NCBI GenBank assembly: GCA_963753435.1
Contig: CAVWCF010000005.1
Coordinates: 128,001 to 192,000 of the forward strand
DNA: 64,000 nt
Direction: 5' to 3'
Source: an uncultured Actinomycetota bacterium
GTDB lineage: Bacteria > Actinomycetota > Actinomycetes > CAVWCF01
In this document: positions 56,937-64,000 of the stretch, one piece after another
How the letters are laid out: every line of letters starts with the position of its first letter
How positions within the stretch are numbered: position 1 is the stretch's first letter
Translations under genes and position numbers: made by a program
Notes under the pieces: model-generated
Databases searched by the model: none
Seen by the model: the letters and a program-made list of their open reading frames with translations, nothing else
Told to the model about the DNA's origin: nothing

Positions 56937-57284
56937 ATGGGCACGGCTGCGGACTCCGCCGGGAGTCCCACGTCAGGGCCCGACGCGGTTGCTGCTGGCG
57001 GTCCGCCGGTCTGGGTGGAGCAGGTCCTGGACGCGGTGGATGCCATTCCGGCCGGGTCGGTCAGCACCTATGGCGACATCGGTTCGGCGGTCGGTTGCGG
57101 TCCGCGCCAGGTGGGCAGCGCGCTGTCTCGTTATGGGTCCGGGGTGGCTTGGTGGCGTGTGCTGCGCGCTGACGGCACGTTGGCATCGGGGTTGGCGGTG
57201 GAACAGTCGCTGCGATTGGCCAAGGAGGGTGTGGTGGTGGTCGGTGCCACCGTGGACCTGTCCCGGTATCGGGTCGGCGGGTGA
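56937..57284 (+). CDS. Alkyltransferase-like (ATL, MGMT family) protein
   Basis: IPAGSVSTYGDI, PRQVG, AWWRV (Trp in place of the catalytic Cys). Confidence 0.88.
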   Translation: MGTAADSAGSPTSGPDAVAAGGPPVWVEQVLDAVDAIPAGSVSTYGDIGSAVGCGPRQVGSALSRYGSGVAWWRVLRADGTLASGLAVEQSLRLAKEGVVVVGATVDLSRYRVGG

Positions 57285-57373
57285 GCAGTTCGCCAGGGCC
57301 AGCGGCTCGGAGTGGAGAGCTCCGGGCGCGGCACCAGCGGCGCCATGTCGGCCCCATCTGATTGGTTACCCGA

Positions 57374-60300
57374 GTGTCCGTCGCCGCCGACTTCCGCCTG
57401 CTGCCGCCCGCCGCGCTGCCGGCGGTGCCGAAACTGGACGCATCGCAGCAAGCCGTCGTTGATCGCGTCGCCAAACCCGGGTGCGGCCCGCTCGTGGTCT
57501 TGGCCGGTCCGGGTACGGGCAAGACCACGACGATCGTCGAGGCGGTGGCAGCCCGAGTCGAAGCCGGAACCGACCCAAGTCGCATTCTGGCTCTGACCTT
57601 TTCCCGCAGGGCCGCGTACGACCTGCGGGAACGGCTCAGCACCCGGCTGCGGATCACCACGCAGGGACACCTGGCGTGGACGTTTCACGGATTCGCATTC
57701 GGGCTGTCGCGGCAACTGGCCGCCGCCGAAGGCGACGCCGTGGGTGTCCTGACCGGTCCGGACCAGGACGCGATGTTGCGGGACCTGCTGGCCGGGAACC
57801 TTGCCGGCGAAGGATCAGTCGTGTGGCCGGAGCACTTGCGGGCGGCCCTCACGACGGTTGGGTTTGCACAGGTGCTGCGCTCGTGGCAATCGCGGGTCCG
57901 CGCTTTGGGTCTGTCACCCATGCAGCTGCAGCCGGGCGATCCGGGCGCTGGTGCTGCGGAGACGGAGATCTGGCGGGCCGCGGCGGAATTCTTCACCGAG
58001 TACCTGGACGTTCTGGATGCGCGCGGTCTCTTGGACTACCCCGAGATGGTCCACCGCGCGGCGCAGTACGCCGACACCTCGGCGGGGCGGCGGCACTTGC
58101 GCGGCACGTACGAACTCGTCGTTGTGGACGAGTACCAGGACACCGACCCGGGTCAGGAGCGGCTACTACAAGCGCTGGCCGGCGACGGTCGCGATCTCGT
58201 GGTGGTCGGGGATCCGGATCAGTCCATCTACGGGTTTCGGGGAGCCGACGTGACCGGGTTGCTGCAGTTCCGTGACCGGTTCCGATCCGCTGACGGCGAT
58301 CCCGCCGATGCGTTGACCCTCGGGGTGTGTCGTCGCTTCGGCGCCAACCTGTTGGCCGCTTCGCGGTCCGTGGCTCGGGCCCTGCCAGCAGCCGGCGCCG
58401 GGCTCGTCGATCTCCTGCGGCAGCACCGGGACCTGGAACCTGGACCCGGGGTGGACGTCGGCCAGGTGCAGGCCAGCACCTACCCGTCCGCATCGGCGCA
58501 GTGGTCAGGGATCGCCGACATGCTGCGGCGGGAACACCTCGAAGCCGGCACGCCGTGGGATCAGATGGCCGTGCTGGTCCGCAGCGGGGTGCGCTCCCTT
58601 GCCACTGCGCGGCGCATCCTGGGCGCCGCGGGGGTGCCCGTCGAGGTGGCCGGTGACGAGGTCCCGCTGGCGGCGGAGCCAGCGGTCGCGCCCCTGCTGA
58701 CCGCTGCCCGCTTCGTCCTTGATCCGGGTTCGATCACGCCGGAATCGGTGCAGGCCGTGCTGGTATCCCCGCTCATCGGCGCGGATGCGACGGCGGTTCG
58801 GCGGTTGGGCCGACGCCTGCGCCAGGAGGAGCGCCTGGTCGATTCGCGGTTGCCGCGGCCGTCAGACGAGCTGATCCGGGAGGCGGTGCTGGACCCTCGG
58901 GACATCTCAACGATGGAGGAGGGATTGGTTTGGCCGGCGCAGCGTCTGGCCGACCTGCTCGAGCTGGGTCGCAAGGCGGTTGACGAGGGGGGAACTGCTC
59001 ATGACCTGCTCTGGGCGCTGTGGGCGGCGACGGCGTGGTCACGCCGGTTGGAAGAGACCGCATTGGGCGGCGGACCGGACGCCCGAGCCGCTCATCGGGA
59101 CCTGGATGCCGTTGTCGCACTCTTCGACGCCGCCGCCCGGGACAGTGAGACCGGAGTTCACCGCTCGCCGTTGGTGTTCCTCGACGCCCTGGTCGCACAG
59201 GAGATACCAGGCGGTCCGACCGAGGAGCGCGGTATCTCCGGTGGCGGGGTTCGCCTACTGACCGCCCATCGGTCGAAGGGCCTGGAGTGGGACGTCGTCG
59301 TCATCGCGGACGTGCAGGCCGAGGTCTGGCCGGATGTCCGGATACGCGCCCCCCTTCTGCATGCCCACCGGCTGACTTCGTCCGGTGTAGGCGAACCACC
59401 CACGGTGGCGGCCTTGCTGGCGGAGGAACGGCGGTTGTTCTACGTAGCGGTGACCCGGGCGCGGCGGCGCCTGGTGGTGACCGCCGTGGACTCCCGTGAG
59501 GATGACGGCGTCCGGCCCTCGCGCTTCCTCTCCGAACTCGGCGTCGACATCAAGAGCGCAGACGCCAACGCGCGCCGGGAGTTGACCGTTGCCGCGTTGG
59601 TCGCCGAGCTCCGCTCGGTCGTCGTGGATGACAGCGCCGATCCGGACTTGCGCCAGGCCGCGGCATTGCGCCTGGCTCGATTGGCTCAGCAAGAGGTAGG
59701 GGCGGGCGCGCTGGCTACCACCGCCGATCCCGACAACTGGTGGGGTGTCCGTGATTACAGCGAGTCGGTGGTGCCCATGTACCCCGAGGGCGCGCAACTG
59801 CGGCTGTCTGCGTCGACCCTGTCGGCGGTCGAGGACTGCGGGCTGCGCTGGTTCCTGGACCACGAGGTTCACGCCGAATCGGCAACATCGGAAGCGCAGG
59901 GTTTCGGTCGCTTGGTGCACGCCGTGGCCGCCGACGTAGCTGAAGGCGGAACTGGGTCGGACGCCGACCTGATTGACGGTGTCCTGGACCGCGTCTGGGA
60001 CGCCTTGGCCTTCGGATCCCACTGGCAGTCCCAGCGTGAGCGCACCGAAGCCAGACAGGCGCTGGCGCGATTCCTGGCCTGGCATCACGCTGAGGTAGCG
60101 GCCGGCCGCAGGCTCGTAGCCGCAGAGGCCAAGTTCCAGGTCGAGTTCGAAGTCGGCGGTCGCCCCGTCGTGCTTCGCGGTGCCGCAGACCGCGTCTCCG
60201 TCGACGCCGACGGTCGGGTCGTGATCGCCGATCTGAAGACGGGTCGTAACAAGCCGCGAAACGACGACATCCCGCAGCATGTGCAACTGGGCACCTACCA

Positions 60301-60589
60301 GTGGGCGGTACAGCACGACGGCCTGTCGGACGTGCTACCGGAGGAACCAGCGGGAACGGCGGCGGAGTTGGTCCACCTGCGGTTGGGCCGGGATTTGCCC
60401 GCCGTGCAGGCCCAGCCCGAACTGACGCCGGACGAGTTGGGACGTTCCTGGGTGGACGGGCTCATCGAATCGGTGGTCGCGGCGATGGAGTCGGAGACCT
60501 TCGTCGCCAAGCCAAGCGATTACTGCCGGATCTGCTCCTTCAAGTCCGTTTGCCCGCTCATGGACGAAGGCCGGCAGGTGATCACATGA
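57374..60589 (+). CDS. adnA: AdnA helicase-nuclease subunit
   Basis: GPGTGKT, VDEYQD, GDPDQSIYGFRGA, HRSKGLEW, EERRLFYVAVTRA, nuclease ADLKTG with C...CRICSFKSVC; start 57362 or 57374. Confidence 0.9.
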   Translation: MSVAADFRLLPPAALPAVPKLDASQQAVVDRVAKPGCGPLVVLAGPGTGKTTTIVEAVAARVEAGTDPSRILALTFSRRAAYDLRERLSTRLRITTQGHLAWTFHGFAFGLSRQLAAAEGDAVGVLTGPDQDAMLRDLLAGNLAGEGSVVWPEHLRAALTTVGFAQVLRSWQSRVRALGLSPMQLQPGDPGAGAAETEIWRAAAEFFTEYLDVLDARGLLDYPEMVHRAAQYADTSAGRRHLRGTYELVVVDEYQDTDPGQERLLQALAGDGRDLVVVGDPDQSIYGFRGADVTGLLQFRDRFRSADGDPADALTLGVCRRFGANLLAASRSVARALPAAGAGLVDLLRQHRDLEPGPGVDVGQVQASTYPSASAQWSGIADMLRREHLEAGTPWDQMAVLVRSGVRSLATARRILGAAGVPVEVAGDEVPLAAEPAVAPLLTAARFVLDPGSITPESVQAVLVSPLIGADATAVRRLGRRLRQEERLVDSRLPRPSDELIREAVLDPRDISTMEEGLVWPAQRLADLLELGRKAVDEGGTAHDLLWALWAATAWSRRLEETALGGGPDARAAHRDLDAVVALFDAAARDSETGVHRSPLVFLDALVAQEIPGGPTEERGISGGGVRLLTAHRSKGLEWDVVVIADVQAEVWPDVRIRAPLLHAHRLTSSGVGEPPTVAALLAEERRLFYVAVTRARRRLVVTAVDSREDDGVRPSRFLSELGVDIKSADANARRELTVAALVAELRSVVVDDSADPDLRQAAALRLARLAQQEVGAGALATTADPDNWWGVRDYSESVVPMYPEGAQLRLSASTLSAVEDCGLRWFLDHEVHAESATSEAQGFGRLVHAVAADVAEGGTGSDADLIDGVLDRVWDALAFGSHWQSQRERTEARQALARFLAWHHAEVAAGRRLVAAEAKFQVEFEVGGRPVVLRGAADRVSVDADGRVVIADLKTGRNKPRNDDIPQHVQLGTYQWAVQHDGLSDVLPEEPAGTAAELVHLRLGRDLPAVQAQPELTPDELGRSWVDGLIESVVAAMESETFVAKPSDYCRICSFKSVCPLMDEGRQVIT

Positions 60590-63500
60590 AACAGCTTCGG
60601 TCGCCGAACGATCTAGCCGACCTGCTAGCCGAGGGTCTGCCGTCGGGTCGCGGGTTCCGAATGACCGAGGAGCAGTTGCAGGCGGCGACAGCGCCGGTCA
60701 CGCCGTCCGTTGTGATCGCCGGTGCCGGGTCCGGCAAGACGACGGTGATGGCTGCCCGCGTGCTGTGGCTGGTGGGTTCCGGCCGATTGAACGCCGGCGC
60801 AGTGCTCGGGCTGACCTTCACCAACAAAGCCGCCGGGGAGTTGGCGGAGCGAGTCCGGACGCTGCTGGAACTGCTTGGGCCCGCGGCCGACGGTGACGGC
60901 ACAGGGTTGCCGACAGTTGCCACCTACCACTCTTACGCGGCCCGACTGCTACGCGACCACGGCATCCGCCTCGGGATCGAGCCGCATGCCCGATTGTTGA
61001 CCGACGCGGGTCGCTACCAACTGGCCGAGCGGGTGCTGCGCCGGGCGCGGGGGCCGTTCGAGTACTTGTCGACCCATCTGCCGACGACGACTACGTACCT
61101 GCTTGCCCTCGACGCGGAACTGAACGAACACCTGGTGGAGCCGGCGGACGCCATGACTGCGTGCGGTGACTTGATTGCTCGGATCGACGGCCTGGCCAAG
61201 ACGACAGCAAAGATCCGCGACCTGCGCACTGTTACGGCCCGACGGCTGGAATTGCTGCAACTGGTCGGCGAGCTCCGCAGGGCCAAGGAGGCTCGGGATC
61301 TGGTGGACTTCGGCGACCAGATGGCAGCAGCGGCACGGCTGGCGCGAGACCACCCGGACGTGGCGCGGGCCGAGTCGGCGCAGTACGAAGTCGTTCTGCT
61401 GGACGAGTACCAGGACACATCGGTCACACAGAAGGAGTTGATGCGGGGCCTGTTCGGCGGCGGGCACCCGGTCACGGCGGTGGGCGACCCCTGTCAGGCC
61501 ATCTACGGCTGGCGCGGCGCCTCGGTGCGCAACCTCGGCCGGTTCCAGCAGGAGTTCCCGACTTCTGACGGCCGCCCCGCGCTGCGCTTCGACCTCACGC
61601 AGAACAACCGCAGTGGTGGACGACTCCTTGACCTCGCCAACGAGATGTCCAGCCAACTGCGCACCCGCCACGACGTGCTGAAGTTGGCACCTCGTCCGGA
61701 CGCTGCCGACCAAGGCGACATCAGCTGCGCCCTGCTGGAGTCCTACGCCGACGAAGTGGACTGGGTGACCAAGCAGGTCTCTCGCGAGATCGCCTCCGGC
61801 GCGAACCCAAGAGACATAGCGGTGCTGGTTCGACGACGCAGCGAGTTCGCCGCCTACTTCGACTCCTTCACCGCTGCCGGGATTCCGGTAGAAGTTGTGG
61901 GACTGGGTGGCCTGCTGAGCCTTCCCGAAGTCGCCGAAGTCGTGGCGACGTTGCGCGTCATCGACGAACCGACCGCCAACGCGGACCTGGTTCGGCTGCT
62001 CAGCGGCCCCCGATGGCGCGTGGGCCCGCGAGACCTGGTTCTCCTCGGCCGCCGGGCGGCAGCCTTGGCCCGCTCCGTCCGCGACCACGAACACGATTCC
62101 GATCCGGCGTCGGTCGGGGAGTCCGACCCGCTGGCCGATGCTGTCGCCGGGGTGGATCCGGTCGACGTCGTGGCGCTGTCGGAGGCATTGGCGGATCCGG
62201 GCAACGGCCCCTACTCGGCTGCTGCGATCCAGCGTTACGCCGCGCTTGCTCAAGAACTCCAGCAGCTGCGCCGGCACGCCGGTGAGCCGCTGCTGGATCT
62301 GGTGCACCGAGTGGTGGCCACGTTGGGATTGGACGTGGAGATGTCCGCGACACCGCGGGCGCTGACAACACAGCGGCCCGCGGGACTAGCGGCGTTCACG
62401 GACGTCGTCGCCCAGTTCGCGGACATCGACAATCGAACTGGGATCCGGCCATTCCTCGCCTACTTGGACGCGGCCGTCGAGCAAGAGCACGGATTGGACA
62501 CAACAGCGCCGAGCGATTCCGACACGGTCAAGGTGATGACGGTCCACAAGGCCAAAGGGTTGGAGTGGGACGTTGTGGTCCTACCCGCCTTGGCCGATCG
62601 GGTGTTCCCAGACCCCAAGGGCCGGGCCTCGTGGCTGACTCAGGCTCAGGTCCTGCCGTTCGCGTTGCGCGGCGACGCCGAAGACTTCCCGGCCGAGCCG
62701 GACCTGAACAACAAGGGCATCGAAGCCTTCGCAGCGCAGATGAAGCAGATGTCCGGCATCGAGGAGGATCGGTTGGGCTACGTGGCGGTGACCAGGCCGA
62801 AGCGGCGGCTGATCGCCTCCGCGCACTGGTGGGGCCCCGACCAGGTGAAGCCACGCGGCCCGTCCGCCTTCCTCGCGCTCATCCGCGAGCACCTGAACGC
62901 GCGCGGGCTGGCACCGGACGTGTGGGCCCAACCACCCGGTGACGGTGCCAACAACCCCGCTCGCGAAGCGGTGCAGCGCACCGCGCAGTGGCCGCCGCCA
63001 GCCGACCCCGCGGGGGAGTCGGCTCGGCGTGCGGGTGCGGACCTGGTGCGTGCGGCTCTGCGCGGCGAGATCCCCGAGGCAGGCTTGGAGTTGGCGAGTG
63101 ATCTGGCGGAGCGGGTCGCGGGTTGGGACGCGGACCTGGAGGTGCTCGTGGCCGAGGCGGTCGCCGCGCACGCGCCCGTGCGCGAGGTCGTGCTGCCGCG
63201 ATCCTTGTCGGCGTCGCGCTTGGTGACCTTGGCTGCCGACCCGCAATCGCTTGCCAAACAGTTGTATCGCCCGCTGCCACGCCGTCCGGCGCCCGCCGCC
63301 CGCCGAGGCACGCGCTTCCACGCCTGGGTGGAGTCGCTGTTCGGCGAGCAGCCACTGCTCGATGTCGACGACGTCGGTGGGTCCGCCGATGACGCGCTGA
63401 GCGATGACGAGATGGCCGCGCTGCAGCAGGCCTTCTTGAGTGGCCCCTTCGGGGAACGGCGACCGCACGGCGTCGAGGTCCCGTTCCGGTGGTTGCTCGG

Positions 63501-63837
63501 GAACCATGTGATCGCCGGGCGAATCGACGCGGTTTACGCCGAGTCCGGCGACGAAACCGCATCAGCTCCGCGGTCGGCCGGCAACGAGGCCGATGGCCGC
63601 GTCAAGTGGCTGGTCGTGGATTACAAGACCGGCCGCAGCTCGGCGGACCCACTGCAGCTGGCGATCTACCGCGCCGCCTGGGCCGAACTGGCCGGGGTGC
63701 CGTTGCAGGAGGTGGGCGCGGCCTTCTACTACGTGGCGTCAGGCGAAGTAGTTCATCCAGCGGACCTGCCCGATCCCGCTCAACTTCGCGACTTGCTCAC
63801 CGCGCAACCCCTACCGCGAGTACGCACCGGGTCCTGA
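60586..63837 (+). CDS. adnB: AdnB helicase-nuclease subunit
   Basis: ATGA overlap; GAGSGKT, LDEYQD, QAIYGWRGA, HKAKGLEW, YVAVTR, nuclease RIDAV...VDYKTG...QLAIY. Confidence 0.9.
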   Translation: MKQLRSPNDLADLLAEGLPSGRGFRMTEEQLQAATAPVTPSVVIAGAGSGKTTVMAARVLWLVGSGRLNAGAVLGLTFTNKAAGELAERVRTLLELLGPAADGDGTGLPTVATYHSYAARLLRDHGIRLGIEPHARLLTDAGRYQLAERVLRRARGPFEYLSTHLPTTTTYLLALDAELNEHLVEPADAMTACGDLIARIDGLAKTTAKIRDLRTVTARRLELLQLVGELRRAKEARDLVDFGDQMAAAARLARDHPDVARAESAQYEVVLLDEYQDTSVTQKELMRGLFGGGHPVTAVGDPCQAIYGWRGASVRNLGRFQQEFPTSDGRPALRFDLTQNNRSGGRLLDLANEMSSQLRTRHDVLKLAPRPDAADQGDISCALLESYADEVDWVTKQVSREIASGANPRDIAVLVRRRSEFAAYFDSFTAAGIPVEVVGLGGLLSLPEVAEVVATLRVIDEPTANADLVRLLSGPRWRVGPRDLVLLGRRAAALARSVRDHEHDSDPASVGESDPLADAVAGVDPVDVVALSEALADPGNGPYSAAAIQRYAALAQELQQLRRHAGEPLLDLVHRVVATLGLDVEMSATPRALTTQRPAGLAAFTDVVAQFADIDNRTGIRPFLAYLDAAVEQEHGLDTTAPSDSDTVKVMTVHKAKGLEWDVVVLPALADRVFPDPKGRASWLTQAQVLPFALRGDAEDFPAEPDLNNKGIEAFAAQMKQMSGIEEDRLGYVAVTRPKRRLIASAHWWGPDQVKPRGPSAFLALIREHLNARGLAPDVWAQPPGDGANNPAREAVQRTAQWPPPADPAGESARRAGADLVRAALRGEIPEAGLELASDLAERVAGWDADLEVLVAEAVAAHAPVREVVLPRSLSASRLVTLAADPQSLAKQLYRPLPRRPAPAARRGTRFHAWVESLFGEQPLLDVDDVGGSADDALSDDEMAALQQAFLSGPFGERRPHGVEVPFRWLLGNHVIAGRIDAVYAESGDETASAPRSAGNEADGRVKWLVVDYKTGRSSADPLQLAIYRAAWAELAGVPLQEVGAAFYYVASGEVVHPADLPDPAQLRDLLTAQPLPRVRTGS

Positions 63838-63838
63838 G

Positions 63839-64000
63839 TCAGGTGAGAGCGAGGTCCACCGTCAGACCGCAGTGGTCAGACACCGGCAACTGCATCGAGC
63901 GCACCTTGCGGACTTGCGCGAGCGCGAGGCCTTCGGCCAAGACGTGATCGAACTGGATGCGGGCCCGCCAGGAAGGGTAGGTCGGCGTCCGGGCCAACTG
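63839..64000 (-). CDS. Endonuclease/exonuclease/phosphatase family protein, 3' end only
   Basis: Manual translation ...PTYPSWRARIQFDHVLA...PVSDHCGLTVDLALT*; not in the ORF track. Confidence 0.8.
   Translation of the reverse strand, partial: QLARTPTYPSWRARIQFDHVLAEGLALAQVRKVRSMQLPVSDHCGLTVDLALT

Noticed and set aside
56937-63837. ATL-adnAB as a novel defence or repair island
   Set aside because: Matches the conserved actinobacterial moeZ-ATL-adnAB arrangement

Overview
High-GC actinomycete chromosomal window, almost fully coding (about 62 genes). I saw no rRNA, tRNA, CRISPR array, IS, integrase or phage genes. The backbone follows two conserved actinobacterial gene orders: (i) peptide ABC transporter / S9 peptidase / mshB ... 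vanW-like, fdxA, dapC, dapD, dapE, LOG, folP2, DivIVA-domain, tag, DUF3117, O-methyltransferase, htrA, tatB, mrp, DUF1003, MgtE-N; and (ii) PHP, ParA-like, DEAD-box helicase, ferritin-like, DUF3107, TetR, moeZ, ATL, adnA, adnB. Accessory modules sit inside that backbone. The best candidate for an undescribed system is 5552-13035: an atypical FtsH-like AAA+ zinc protease and a small membrane protein, followed by a minimal chemosensory cluster (CheW, intramembrane-sensing MCP, CheA-REC hybrid, REC-GAF protein) with no CheR, CheB or enzymatic output. The MCP signalling tip has a sharply bounded G/T-skewed codon patch suggesting gene conversion with, or assembly collapse of, a paralog. Other points: an orphan ParA coupled to a small Zn-ribbon protein, no sigE-rseA before htrA, dispersed ethylmalonyl-CoA pathway-like genes, a single-domain MetE-like enzyme, Ku plus stand-alone LigD polymerase, RosR-like and TAC-N6-GTA operator boxes, pervasive leaderless promoters and one probable frameshift. 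All family calls come from motif recognition by eye, not database searches.
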